Below are positions 28,201 through 40,563 of a stretch of 64,000 nt of DNA, piece after piece. A program made the position numbers and the translations under genes. The DNA is taken from assembly GCF_018977255.1 (NCBI RefSeq), contig NW_024704743.1:3474001-3538000 (forward strand), read 5' to 3'. The notes under the pieces were generated by a model. It was not told the origin of the DNA. It ran no database searches and saw only the letters and a program-made list of their open reading frames with translations. Position 1 is the stretch's first letter; the number at the start of each line of letters is the position of its first letter. This DNA is from Callorhinchus milii. Its lineage: Eukaryota.

Positions 28201-30495
28201 CGAGATGCCCAGGAAGCAAAACCTACACTCGTCATTCTCCAGGCCAGCGAAGTACAGAAATGTCAATACGTCTCTGCCGCGTAAGTTTGCACTGGAGTGG
28301 CTCCAACTCGTGTAAATGATAATTGCGACCATTAACACACTGGAAACAATAACAAAAACTTGCATTTATTGTGCCCTTCATGAGGGTTAGTGTCCCAGAG
28401 TGCTTGACAGTGGTGGAGTCTGACCCTGAGCCAGGGGGGAGGGAGGAGGTGACCATAAGAACAATCCAAAAAGAAGGTCTTTAGGCGGTATTTGAAATTG
28501 GGGAGGGAGGGGGCGAGGCAGAGGGATTCATGGAGAGAGGTCGAGAGTTTCGGGGTGCAGTGGCTGAAGGCACGGCCACCGATGGTGGAGCGGAGGAGAT
28601 GAGGGACAAACAGGAGGATGGAGCCAGCCGAGTGGAGGCAGCAGGTGGTGGAGTAGGGGATAAGCAACTCAGAGAGGTAGGGAGGTGCCAGGGCTTGCAG
28701 GAATTTGAACGAGTGAGAGGATCTTGAAATCGATCCATCACCCTGTCAATGGCCTTGGGTAAACTCAACATAACAAGCAATCCAGCCAATATTCCCATAT
28801 TTTCCCAACCTCCCTCCCAAGTCAATATCCCCGCCACCGACCATTCCCTCCTGACTATCTCCCCCCACTCGACCAACACCCACCCCCGCACCCTCCACCC
28901 CCGACCGTCCCTCCCCCGAAGTGTTCATGTACACTCAGCTCAGCGTGCTGCCCTTTCACTGTTTCAGTAACAGCCAGAACGGCCTGGCCTGGGCCAGTCA
29001 TGAGAGGTCAAACTCCAAGGTGGACACCAATTCACACCGCCGCCTGCCGAGCTGCTGCTGTCAACCGGACGAGATAAACCATCAACCCGTAAGTGGCAGA
29101 ATGGAAAGTCGTTGAATTCAAACGCAATGGGTCCTGTTTACACAAGAGGAGCTCAGCAACACATAGGACCCACTATTCAGGCCTGCACTCCCTCTGGTTG
29201 GGCTCAGAGGTACCCCCATCCCCACACCACTCTCCCCTCACCACAAACTCTGCTTGTCATTGCTGACACACATTAGCCTCCCTGCCTCGTCCACTCCACA
29301 CACTACCCCCACCCACCCCGCCAGCTCTGGCTAAGCCCCGCTGGTCCACTCAACGCTTCCCCCCTACCTCTTCTCTCCCTCCAGCTCCGGTCCGGGTAAG
29401 CCCTGACTCATACCTCCCACGCACTCTCCTCCCTGCTCTTGAGTAAAGGCGCTCAGTATTCCCCTTCCCTTTCTGGAGTTTGTTTATGTGCCTTTGGAGG
29501 GAGAAGAAGGGGCAATGCCTGATTGTAGAGGGTATAGTGTTTTGTGTGAGGCGTTAAACAGAGGGCCTGATTTTTTTGTACCTTTTGGGTGGATGTTAAA
29601 GACCCTGTGCTGACTGGGGAAGGGGTTTCCTGGCCGTTTGTCCTGTTTTCCTGGCCAACAATCCCTGATAGCCCTCGGTCCTCAATCTTTCCTGAGGTGT
29701 CGGCCGCATTCCGATTGACCCTTGAACATGGGCTATGGGATGTGTGCAGTGTAATGCTGAGTATCCACACACGCCTGACTGTCCACTTATCCACAAAGGT
29801 ATCAGTCTAGCTCAGTTGGCAGCAATCTTGCCTACGATTGTGGGTTCAAGCTCCACATCGGGCTTTTCAGTTCACAGTCTGTCTGGGCTGGCGATGCGGG
29901 TGTCAGGGGTGGGGGGGACGGGATGTGCTGATTGTGGGGTATAATTGTGCCAGGTTTCTGCCCAGTCCTTCATTGTCTCAATAACAGGATCAGCAGTTTG
30001 CAGAAGATCCACAGCCAGTGCCATTTCTGCCACTTACACACACACACCATCCCAGGTAGGTCTGCCCTAGCACCCTCTCTCTCCCCATTCCCCTCTCCCT
30101 CTCCTTCCCTCCCCGGCCGGGTCCCTCTCTCTGGCCCCCACTCTTCTCCCCACCCCCTTGTAGCACCATCTCCTCACCCGCCCTCTCCCCCCTCTCCCCG
30201 GCTCCCCTCTCTCTGGGCTCTGGCCAGGTCTACCCACGCACGCTGTTTCTGATGATTATGATGATTGTGTAATGGGAATATTGATGTCTGTCCAGCTTTA
30301 CACCTGAAACTCACTACATCTGGAAAACACGATGCCTGCGGGAGAGGGGAGGTGAGCCCTAGCCAGAGCTCAGTGTCAGCCCGGGGAGAGGGGAGCGGGG
30401 AGTGGAGGGAGCCACACGGAAGCCAAAGCAGCTGCGGAGAAGGAATTGTGAACCCTCACTCCCTCGGTATTTCGTTTGGGGTAGAAAGTGATTAG
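1259..30495 (+). CDS. Unidentified multi-exon gene (5'-truncated) encoding a Pro/Ser/Gln-rich repetitive protein; about 33 exons
   Basis: AG/GT-bounded, stop-free, phase 1-1 exons with lengths divisible by 3: 1259-1333, 1950-2030, 2253-2345, 2873-2986, 4071-4166, 4374-4466, 5230-5304, 5728-5826, 6959-7057, 8369-8443, 8640-8714, 10295-10375, 10895-10987, 13430-13549, 14613-14726, 15128-15223, 15409-15501, 15763-15819, 16185-16283, 17104-17172, 17643-17717, 18720-18800, 19035-19127, 19620-19733, 20258-20344, 20511-20600, 23064-23177, 24975-25034, 26295-26375, 26990-27040, 28185-28280. These are followed by an anomalous exon ending at 29088 and a terminal exon 30296-30495. Confidence 0.8.
3235..3920 (-). 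mobile_element. L2 LINE 3' fragment
   Basis: VRNLGVLIDPELSF..HLRNIARLRPCL..HAFITSKLDYGNS peptide and (TTG)n tail. Confidence 0.9.
5880..8060 (+). mobile_element. Degenerate CR1 ORF2 fragments (duplicated with the host exon)
   Basis: SPGMHPRLM..EIAEALATIFQSSLDIGVVPEDW, DSQHGFVKGKSCLTNLIEFF and LEQRRLRGDLIE. The same fragment occurs at 16340-16970. Confidence 0.85.
6219..6528 (-). mobile_element. Full-length tRNA-derived SINE with L2-like 3' tail
   Basis: Head has A box TAGCTCAGTGG and B box GAGTTCAATTCC. Tail AAGCGCTTTGGGACGTCC..CGTGAAAAGCGCT..ATCAAATGCAAGG(ATT)n. Interrupts a CR1 fragment. Confidence 0.9.
9075..9420 (+). mobile_element. Degenerate non-LTR reverse transcriptase fragment distinct from the local CR1/L2 copies
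   Basis: KVFDLVPPEALRRKL..G..ERGVRQGYRLSPTLF..LFTDDIVLLADS with in-frame stops. Confidence 0.75.
10503..10860 (+). mobile_element. tRNA-derived SINE, related subfamily
   Basis: GAGTCCTGTAGCTTAGTGGTTAGAGC head, GGCAAGTTTCCTTACTCCAC body and L2-like tail. Similar copies at 20770-21095, 42740-43110 (minus) and 55150-55600. Confidence 0.8.
11520..12660 (-). mobile_element. L2 3' fragment with a nested CR1 3' end (about 12030-12420)
   Basis: L2 peptides ([39 protein letters not shown]) are split by the CR1 peptide ETYKILKGLDRVD..TRGRSLRI..FFTQRVMNL. Confidence 0.85.
13136..13338. repeat. Compound (CA)n/(GA)n microsatellite
   Basis: Direct observation. Confidence 0.9.
15880..16092. repeat. 20-bp minisatellite (TACACACACTCACGCCCCGT)n; related array at 5340-5632
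   Basis: About 10 direct tandem copies visible. Confidence 0.92.
16340..16970 (+). mobile_element. CR1 ORF2 fragment (paralog of the 5880-7660 copies)
   Basis: VVLEDWMVANVTPLFK and KDSQHGFVKGK peptides. Confidence 0.85.
21605..22345 (-). mobile_element. L2 LINE 3' fragment
   Basis: [33 protein letters not shown]. Confidence 0.88.
23385..23870 (-). mobile_element. CR1 3' end
   Basis: Reverse complement of the CR1 3'UTR seen at 1-585; ATAGAATCATAGAAT tail. Confidence 0.8.
25420..25790 (+). mobile_element. Deu-domain-like SINE
   Basis: GCCGTCCTTCGGATGAGAC..TTAA..GTCTGCC..AGGT..GTTAAAGAT..TGGCACT..GGCCAACAATCCCC core. Recurs at about 21380, 27310, 36780, 37820, 39550, 43800 and 54300. Confidence 0.65.
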
Positions 30496-30568
30496 AATAG
30501 GCAACAACAACAGCAAACCGCAGCATTGAGAAGAGTTTGTGTGGAGGTGGCGTTGGTTGAGTGCAAAC

Positions 30569-30574
30569 AATAAA
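30569..30574 (+). terminator. Putative polyadenylation signal of the + strand repetitive gene
   Basis: AATAAA 73 nt after the TAG at 30493-30495, followed by GT/T-rich sequence. Confidence 0.55.
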
Positions 30575-30974
30575 TTGTGTTTTATGTGGGATTTCATAGT
30601 TTTAGTCAAACCCCTTTGACTGCAGTCCGTCCGTCAGGTAGTCAGTCGCCTGATTAAATCAAATCGCTAATAGAAATATATTTTAAACACTTTGGTTTAA
30701 AGTTCTCTCAATGGTAGTTCTGTCCCCTGGCTCTGAACAAGGAGTTTGACTCAGGAAGGGGTTGGTAGAAGGGGATGATCTATGAGGGCCTCACTGCCCA
30801 CGAATGTTGGACAAGACAGGGATAATGCCCAGTGGTGGGCAAGTGGATGATGCACCCTTATTTGTGGCAGTACAATAGTGTTGCTTCTCATGATGGGCAC
30901 TGGTGGGCATGATGGGCCTACCCCAGTGGTGGGCAGGTGAGGCTGCACTCTCCGTTGGAGGGCAAGAAACACTA

Positions 30975-31180
30975 CTGCTGGTGGCGGGTAAGAGAAAGCT
31001 GCTGCCCTCTTGGGGGTGGGGGTAGTGATGGAGAGGGGAGTAAGAGAAGGCTGCTGTTTCCTAGTGGGGTGGGGTAAGAGAAGGGTGCTTCCCCCAGTGG
31101 TGGTAAGAGATGGGTGCTGCCCCCAGGTGGGGGGTAAGAGAATACTGCTGCCACCTAGTAAGGGGTAAGAGAAGGTTTTT
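30975..31180. repeat. Degenerate G-rich tandem repeat (GGGGTAAGAGAAGGCTGCTG...)
   Basis: About 6 imperfect copies of a GGTAAGAGA core. Confidence 0.75.
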
Positions 31181-32877
31181 TGGGGGGCTCGGGACGTAAG
31201 GGGTGGGGGGTGGAAGTTTTGTGTTTTCTGGGCTTGGAATGTAAGGGCGGGGTAATTGGTGTTTTTTGGGCTCGAATTGAGTCAATCTCCTCTGAGGTAG
31301 TCTCATTAGTCCAGTTCCTTAACCAAGTGGGACCACAGTAATCCACGGCACTGCTCATAATGGATTTGCCAGTCTGGCTCATTGGCAGGACTTGGAGGGA
31401 GAGACCAGTCACTGGGCATAGGGATTCTACCCACTCAGTTCCTGATAACTCTGCAAGCCGAAGCCCGAGCCGGTGGGGTGGTTCTAGCTGGACAAGCAAT
31501 GTGGAAGTTCACCAGACAGTGCTCTCAATGGCAAGCTATGCAGTTTAAGCTGGATAAACACTCGGGAGTCCCCAATACTTGGCTCCCGGCAATCTGCTCC
31601 TAACTCTCTTCGGAATTAGGTAAGAAAGATATATTCTTCCAGGGAAAGAGTGCACATTCCATTCCAGACACGGAGAAATTTCCTTGTGTAGATTGCATAT
31701 ACGTGAGGTGCTCAGTCTGGTTCGGATTCTCTTAAGCATGGCGACAGATTTCTACATGTGTCAGACACCAGATTGATCAAACCAAGAAGAATCTGACATA
31801 TTCTGGATGCTCCGAACATTAAAATAAATAAAATAAACGTGGATTCAGATGAAATTTCTCCCCATGTTGGCCTACATGTGTCAGGTTCTTGCTTGTCTAA
31901 CACCAGAAGGATGGCATTTTAATAATATCTTTAACAAAAAAGGTACTTTTAGATAAGTACAGTCTATGATTTTGAATATTTGAATATTTCTCCCATAAAA
32001 TATACAGTCAATCTACTAGACGATATGTTCTGTGAAACGCTTTGAGACATCTCAACTATGCGATAAGGTGTGATATCAAATGCAAGGGTTATGATTATTA
32101 TTTTTATTTCCCAGATGAAATGGGAAAATAACGTTCTTTAAAAATTTAGGAAGAAAAACAAAGTTACAGGGAAACGGAAATTCACTCCCATTTTGTAAAA
32201 GATGTGAGATTCACAAGCAAATTAATGATCCTTGCATTTGATAGTGCACCGTATCACGTTGTTGTGATGTCTCAAAGCTCTTCACAGGAATTGCTGTAAG
32301 GTGTAGTGAAGTGACGATGTATTTGAAGGCGAATGTGGCAGCACAGCAATGTCCCACAAACCGTTATGAAGTGAATGATCATAACTGTTTTTGGAACCAT
32401 AGGTAAGTTTACCTACTCTGCACACCTCTGTTTACCTCGCAGTCAGCAGGAACCTGGTTGTTAGTTGATTGGCAGATCACTTTTTGGGGGTAATAATCCT
32501 TTTAAAAAAAATTTGCTTCTCGAATAGATCACTAGATCATTAATGTCCACCTGAACAGGCATCAGGTGATCATGAACCCTACAAATTTCACCCCATAATC
32601 TGTTCATCCCCAAGTGCCCGTTGCTCCTTCTGACATGATTCATCACCTTGCGTTTAAGTGCTGTGAAAAGCTACCCACGTGAAAGGTGCTTTGTGTTTGT
32701 GGGACATTGCTGTGCGCAATTGGCTGCCGCGTTCGCCCACAAATATAGTCAATTCACTTTACAGTGTGTTCTGTGAAGCGCTTTGGGACGTCCTCCTATG
32801 TGAAAAGCGCTATATCAAATGCAAGGATTATTATTATTATTATTATGTAAATGCAAGTTGTGGTTGTAAAAGCCGGT

Positions 32878-33140
32878 ATCGCTCTGCCTGCAGCTGTTCT
32901 GTTATGACAGAAACTTTCACTCAAAGCAAAAGTTAACTGTTCAAAAGGAAGTTGCAATCTGACCTGAGGCAACTCTGGGAATCAATGCTATCGGATATAA
33001 AGACGCGCCCCATTGAGCAAAGCAGAAGCTGTCATTGTGTGCGCCAGAAATGGGAATTCCTTCCTTTCTGTTTCTATTTCTTGGCTCCGTGCAGACAGAT
33101 AGAGATGCTGTGAGGTCACCTAGACCCTGTAACTATGAAA
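32878..33140. promoter_or_regulatory. Conserved non-coding block 1a with kappaB-like and IRF-like motifs
   Basis: Paralogous to 44348-44612. Contains GGGAATTCC (33052-33060) next to TTTCTGTTTC (GAAACAGAAA on minus, 33065-33074), ACTTTCACTC (32913-32922) and an ETS-like GGAAGT. Confidence 0.5.
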
Positions 33141-35714
33141 AGGGAATACTGTGGATGCCGATTTGGGAGACCACTTCTGTGGGTCATTGCTGTGCGCAAT
33201 TTGGCTGTGGTGTCCAACCACAAAACGATACCGAGTTACTGCACTTTCCAGCTTATCCAATGAAGCGCTTTGGGATGTCCTCCCGACATAAAAAGGTGCT
33301 ATACCTAAATGTATGGCGCGTTTTGGAGACCGAGCATTTATCATTGTTTTTCCATGTCATGTTACAACCTCAGTGATATACAATTCTTAAGAGTCAATAA
33401 ATTTGTCCACATCCATCCATTCTTCGATAAGTGACAAGTTAAGTGTTTGACCTTCTATGTACAGGACATTAAGGGGCTGAAGTACATTAGTTACAGTGCT
33501 TGCCTACCCGACAACAACACCTTGCATTTGTGTAATGGCCTTGATGTAGGATAATCTCTCGGCGTATTGCCCAAAGACAGGGTGAGCAGGGAAGAGAGGG
33601 GGTGGGGGTGTGGAAGGGGAAGCTGACCACTGAAGCGATCAAAGAGGTGGGTTTTAAGAGAGAAGACAATTAGAGAGGGAGGGAGTTCCTGAAGTACAAC
33701 AACAAAAACTTGCATTTATGTGGCAAGTGACACAGAGCAGCATCTCGAAGCTCGTAACAGTGGGGGAGCTTGATGCCAAGCTGGAGAGAGGAGGAAGTTG
33801 ATGGGCATGGTCAAAGAGGAAGGTCTTCAGGTAGGATTTGAAGACCAGCAACGAGGACCCAGACGGAGGTACCGAGGCAGAGAATTCCATAGCGTCAGGG
33901 GTTGAAGCCACGGCTGCTGACGTGGAATGGAGGGAGGATTGGGGTGTAACCTTAATAATAATTATTATTATTAATCTGGTCAGAGAGATACGGTGGTGCC
34001 AGGGAATTAAGTGATTCGTATGAGGATCTTGCAATCCATCGGTTCTGTTGTGGGAAATCAGTGGAGCACGGCCAAGACCTGGGTGACGGGGACGCAGAGT
34101 TTGGTGCTGGTCAGGATACGGGCGGCAGAGCTTTGAATTAGTTGGGTTTTATGAATGGTGGAGCCGGGGCCAGGATGAAATGGAAAAAAGTTAGGGTAGT
34201 GTCCGTTGAAGCCAAAGGCTTTGGTTGATTTTGGGCACAGTATAATAAAAAGGATAAGTTCACACTTGTAACAAATCCTAAAAATATAAGAATTGCAAGG
34301 TGAAAGGAGACCAGGGTCCATCCAGTTTGCCTTCCACTATCCTGGCAGTAGCATACATACGTCATGTCCCGAAATATATACGTATCGTATCCCTATATAT
34401 TATTTCCTAATAGAAATCTGTGTAATTTGTTCTTTACTACTCGCTCATTAAAGTAATGCTTCCACAGATTCGTTCTGACTCATAAAATATAGATTTCAGA
34501 TCTATAATTAACAGCAGAACTTGCCATGTTCCACAAAAAGATTTGATTCAATATTAGTACATCGAATGAGTCACTCAACGTTGCATTTTTGCCTTATTTT
34601 ATGTAAAGGCTTTGAGATATTAAAAAGGCTTTGCATCAAATTGTTGGCAGATTTCAAGCAGCCATTCGTGCGGTTGCGGGCGCGTGTGTTTTAACTCTGA
34701 ATTTGTTCAATTTAAACTACCGTGAAGTTGGCTTGTACATGGTTACGGGCATGTCATGGCAAGAATAAAAAAATAAACAGAGCACACGTTTCGCATGAGT
34801 TAAGGTCAGGAGATGCTGGAATGGGGCCAGATATGTAAAATGCTCCATGTTGAAACTTGTGTATGAGTCAAGCAGGTACTTGAGTGTGTGTGTGTGTGTG
34901 TGCGCGCCTACAAAATATACAGTCACTACACTTTACAGTAGATCCTGTGAAGCGCTTTGAGACATCCGTAGAATGCTTAAGTCTCCTCACTCTCCATTCG
35001 ACTGGCATTGGCCTCCTGCTTGTCCCTCGCGCCCTCCGCTGCACCATTGGAGGTTGCGCGTTCAGCCACTATGCCCCAAAACTTTAGAACACTCTCCCTC
35101 AATCCCTCTGCCTTGCCCCCCTCTCCCCCCCCTTATTCAAGTCCCGCCTTAAAAGCTTCCTTTCCGACCGTGCTTACAGTCACCTTTCCCCATCCCCCAT
35201 CCCCCAGGCTCGGAGCCAGGCCCCACCACTGCTAAGCGCTCTGAGACGCAACTCTACGTGGAGGGCGTTGTATAAGTGCAAGTTTTGTTGTTGTATGACG
35301 TGGTAACCCGCCTGAAGGGCCCTATTTCACAGCAAATTATTGTTGTGAAAAACACGATATCAAATGTAAGTATTATTATGTGTATTTGTGTGAGGGTGGC
35401 GGGGGGTGTTGGGGGGTGGGGGGCGACGATGGTGGGGAGGAGGGTTGTGAGAAGGTCCGAGTGGGATTGATCATGAAGAGGGAGGAACTCGAGGCGAGGA
35501 CGTGATGTGTCAGCCTGACGATGGCTGAGTGAGTGACTAATGCTCTTTCAAAGGATCTGGTTAATGATTAAACACTTTGTGTTGGGCTTGAGCTGTGCTC
35601 TCTTTGCGAGGATAGAAAAACAACGACGACCTGCATTTATATATTGCCCTCATGTGGGGTAGCGTCTTGGAGAGTTGAACAGTGGTAGAACCTCTTATCG
35701 TCAAACCCNTTTTT

Positions 35715-36020
35715 TTTCAGCGCACACATTATTAAATACCCCGACTGTAGCTTCAGGTCCACAAGTTTCAGAATCTGCAGAAATGAAAGTGGAGGGATAT
35801 AATTCACACCCAGTTGCAAGCGAGCGCTGGAATTCAAACAGAAAATACAGAGCGAAACTAAAATACCTGGAAAGTCTGCTGTTTAGTAAACACGAGGAGG
35901 GGTGGGGAGGGTGAAACGGGATGAAATCAAGGAGTTAAGATGTGATGCAAAATCATAGTGAAACTGCGCCATAAGCACTTCTTCCGGGAATATGAAAGCA
36001 AAAGCGGATCGGAAATTGTA
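35715..36020. promoter_or_regulatory. Conserved non-coding block 2a, GAAA-rich (IRF-like)
   Basis: Paralogous to 45955-46250. GAAATGAAAGT at 35780-35790, plus GCGAAACTAAAA, AGTGAAACT and TGAAAGCAAAAG. Confidence 0.45.
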
Positions 36021-36113
36021 CCTCAGACAAGCTCTCTTTCCATTCTGTTTTTTTTTGGCCTGTGCTGATTTGTTTAGCGAGGTATTACTGGATAAGATTG
36101 TAATTGATGTGTA

Positions 36114-36146
<33 letters not shown>

Positions 36147-39100
36147 CCTCACATTCGATATCGCACCTTATCACGTTGTTGAGCCGCCTGAAGACATCTT
36201 ATATGAAGTTTGTTTCTGTGGTCTTTTATGGTTGTCCTTTCATTTGGGACACACGCGCACACAAACACATACATTCAGACACGTAGGTAACACTCATAAT
36301 TCTTGCATTTGATATTGTGCCCTTATCCCGCTGAAAGGCGTCTCCAAAACGCTTCACGTTACTTTTCGCCGCGAAATGGAGTGACTGTGTATTTGGAGGC
36401 AAACCCGGCAACCGCAACAAGAAAACAACAAACTACGTACGTTTTGTACAGCGCCTTTCGAGTCCGACTCGGAGGTGAGAGTGCTGCCGCTGAGCCGGGC
36501 TGACAGAGACGCGCACCCAGACACACAAGTTACACGCAAAACACGCGTACAAGTAGACAAACACAAGCATGTTAAGGTGTTAACAGCTGAGATGTTAAAT
36601 CGAGGTCTAATGTGCAAAATCATAATAAATAACAATCCTTGCATTTGATACGGAGACTTCATATCGTAGTGACATCTCAAAGCGCTGTACTGGAAACTGG
36701 TTTAACTGTACTTTGTGGGTGAAACGCGGCAGCAATTGCGCACAGCAATGGCCCGCGATCAGCCGTGGAGTGCCCAATTTTGTTTGGGGGGTTGTTGGCC
36801 AGGACAGACTCCCTTCTCTTTTCGAATAGGGCCATGAGATCTTTCCACATCCGCCTGAACGGGCAGACGGGGTCTCGGTTTAACATCTCATCCGAAGGCC
36901 GTTTAAACTCACCAGCTTTGCACGCGGCTTTATCGTGCCCTTTTGAAGAACCCAATTGGGAAATTCCGAACACTGCCAACGGAGAAGGAGAATCCACAGT
37001 AAAATATTCACACTTAGGATTGATTGTGGCAATACTTTGCAATAGTTTTAGAAACATTTCTGCAATACAAATCCTCTCAAGTGACTTATAAACAATTGTA
37101 TTTAAAGTCAAGAACGGACAATCATTAAGATACAATATTATTGCAGTTACTCCGATATTGTTACTGCTGCAGTTACTATTCAGCTCCTGTGTCCCTAAAC
37201 CCTGGACCTCTCTTCCTCCATCCCTCCGTCTTGCCCATTCTATCTCATTAAAAGATAAATTTCATTAATAGCCTACCTCTTTGACTGCACCGACAGTCGT
37301 CTTCCCTCTTCCTCCCTACTTGGCATCTGATCCCTGCCTTGTGAAGCGTTCGGAGACATTGCCCTCGTGAACTGCACTATGTAAACGTCAATAATGCTTT
37401 TGTGGAGCTGTTGGAGGACTTCGTAATAACCAGAAGCTGCAAACCTATTTGGCAATGTGTGAATGCTGCGGAAAGTGGGCGGGCAATCAGGTGGCAAAGT
37501 ATGTGCGTGCAGTCTAGATGGTGCCAAGCCAACAGGTACAGTGCCAAACTGGCAAGAGGTAGGTTTCAAAGAGGGGAATTAAAATCAGATAGAGAGGGTG
37601 TGAGGTGGAGGAGTGGAGCTCGGAAGTTGCAGTGGTGAGGGGCATAGTGGACATGGCCACCAAGCCAACACCAATAATAATATTAATAATACACTTGGCC
37701 AGGCTGTTACATGTGTGTCGGCCTGGCTTAGTCGGTGGCACGCTCGCCAAATGTTGTGGGTTCCTGGCATCAGGAGGTGGAACTCATAGAGTCGAAGCTG
37801 GCACTCTGATGCAGTGCTGGGGGAGGTCTGCATTGTTGGAGGTGTCATCCTTTGGATGAGACATTAAACCGATGCCCCATCTACCTGTTCAGACGCCACA
37901 TGATGAAGATACCTTGGATTTATTCGAAACGAGAAGGGAGTTTCTCCTGGTGTTCTGGCCAACAATCCCCCAGATAAAACTGGGCACTCACTATGGGGCA
38001 TTGCAGTGCCCAAATAGGCTGCCGGTTTATAGTAATAATATTCCTTGCATTTGATATAGGGGTTTGCCCACAAAGCACACAGGTACTATATTGTACAGTA
38101 TATCCTGTGAAATGCTTTAGGCCATCTTCTCGATGTGAAAGGTACTGTACCAAATGTAAGGCTTATTATTATTATGTTCGAAGGATTAGGAAAGATCCAG
38201 ATAATAATAATAATCATCTTTACACTTGATACAGCACCTACACTAATAAAGACAAAATGTCTGTCTGTGGGCCAAGAGCTCAATAAACGATTGATGTAGA
38301 GACATCATTTATACCTCATCGGAAAAGTCTTGCATTGGGGAGTGTCATGGGCATATTTTTTTTCGGGGATCTCCTATCGTTGATGAGCTATAATATAGTA
38401 CAATAATAATTATCCTTGCATTTGATATAGCGCTTTTCACGTCGGGAGGACGTCCCAAAGCGCTTCACAGAACACACTGTAAAGTGAATTGACTGTATAT
38501 TTGTGGGCGAACGCGGCAGCCAATTGCGCACAGCAGCGTCCCACAAACAGTCGTAGATTGAAAATTACCAATTTATTATTGTTTTTGGTTTTGGAGGGAT
38601 TATTATTGTAAAAAATGCTTTAATTAAGCCCCAAAATATGAGGTATGCATGGTATTCTGCAACAAAGTAGTGACAGAGGAAATCACACACCCTCTAGAGA
38701 CAGATACATCTATAATATATACTGCAGCAAAGTAGAGACAGAGGAAAGCTAGGACCTAAACAAGCTCATCACGTGTATGCAGTCCAACAAGGAGACCTCC
38801 CACAGGAGTCCTCCCAACCAGGAGTCTTCCCAACTGGAGTTCTACCAACAGGAACCCTCCCAACCAGAAGTCTTCCCAGCAAGGAGATCTATATCTCTAT
38901 AGATTTCCAGCTTTTCATCTATAAAGCTAAACTGCGGTCTTCTAAAATGCAGCAATTTTTTCTGCAAAGGAGCCTTCGAAGCTAACTTTGACCACACTTT
39001 TTTTTCCCAAAGAATGACGGACAATATACTGGAAAGGACACGTGTTTGAGAGAAAAGGCAAGTAGAGAGTATAAGTATTGGAAATGATAATTTTTTATTT

Positions 39101-39324
39101 TCAGTTCACAAACAAAAAAATGCATAAATAACTTTTTTCTCCCAATTTGATTGTACGCGCGAGATGCAAAAAAATAATATAACTTTCTGGTCGATTGCTT
39201 TTTTTTTAATATAACAAAATTGAAACACTAATGTAAACTAAGGGAAGGGGCAAAGAGTATTGCTAAAATGAGACCCGAGCTGGTCACTATAATAATATTT
39301 TGAATTAAATTCATATTGTGGATT

Positions 39325-40507
39325 TCATTTTCTTGCGTGCCTTTGCTCAACTTGTTGAAAGATCTTTCTGGTTTCTGCGTGCACAATCTCCCAGGCACAG
39401 ACGCTGCGATTCTGTGAAGAGACCAGAGAGGGAATTATTAATGGGATGTTCAGATGTAAAGTGTGCAGTGTACAACGCTTCCAGAATATACTCCATATAC
39501 GTTCATATAGTCTAAGCTGCCACTCCTGTTGGGTGCTGGGGGTCTGATGTCCTGTCGGAGGTGCCGGCCTTCAAATGAGATGTTAACCCGAGTCCCAGTC
39601 TGCCTGTTCAGTGGGATGTTAAAGATCCCACGGGCCTATTCTAAAAGAAATGGGAGTTTCTTCCGGTATCCTGGCCAACAATCTCCCAAACAAGAAATAG
39701 TTGTTCACTTCATGGCTGTTTGTGGGACATTGCTGTGCACCAATTGGATATTACGCTTGACCACAAAACACGCAGTCTCTGCACTTCACAGTGTATCCTG
39801 TGAAGATCTTTGGGATATGCTCCCAACATGAAAGGCACTGTACTAAATGTAAGGAATACTATTATTATTGTACTGTAAAATGATTTCCAGTTATTAACTT
39901 AATCACCCACAAAACACGCACGGTCACATCATCTAACACTGTATCTTGTGACGTCTTGACGGCGCTATATCAAATACAAGGCTTATTATTTTATATTAGG
40001 AGTGAGCTACAGACTATGGAAAATAGTTGTATTTACAAAAAACAGTTATGGAGCGCCTATAACCTTCACAGATTTTCAAAGAGCTCCAAGACGTTTACCT
40101 GAATTGTACTGACTGTATTCGACAACAACAACAACAACAACAGCATTACATTTATAGAGCGCCTTTCACGTCGGGAGCACGTCCCAAAGTGCTGAATTCT
40201 AGTTAACATTCAACAATAAAATGGTTTGAGACATTGATGTTAAGGGTGAATGCTAATAGAAAGCAATTTAAATGTTACCTCATTTTCTTTTTTTTAAAAT
40301 GATAGACTCGCAGTGTGGACAGCTCTGCGCAAGAAACTGCCTAATCTGTTTTATGATCAGAAGCATTTAACCATAAAAACGGGCTACCTTCGCTTTTAAA
40401 AATCGCTCCAGTTTGGCGAACCTTTCAATTACAGTTGATCGGTGGACACTGCGGGAATCCGGAGATTGCATCTGCAAGAAGATAAAAGAAATTAATTTGT
40501 TTTCATG

Positions 40508-40563
<56 letters not shown>

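Noticed and set aside
33050..33376. Possible + strand secreted-protein exon 1 (TATA-like GATATAAAG, then MGIPSFLFLFLGSVQT...C)
   Set aside because: The paralogous block has ATA instead of ATG and a frame-breaking indel. The ORF runs into a SINE, and I found no downstream exons. A regulatory reading fits better.
35721..35914. Possible exon with ICRNES resembling IFN exon 2
   Set aside because: Opposite strand to the IFN genes, early stops, and the frame is not conserved in the paralog. A single N at 35709 also lowers local confidence.
30600..39000. A third IFN gene or pseudogene
   Set aside because: I found no CAWE-like exon or exon-1 homolog on either strand by eye.
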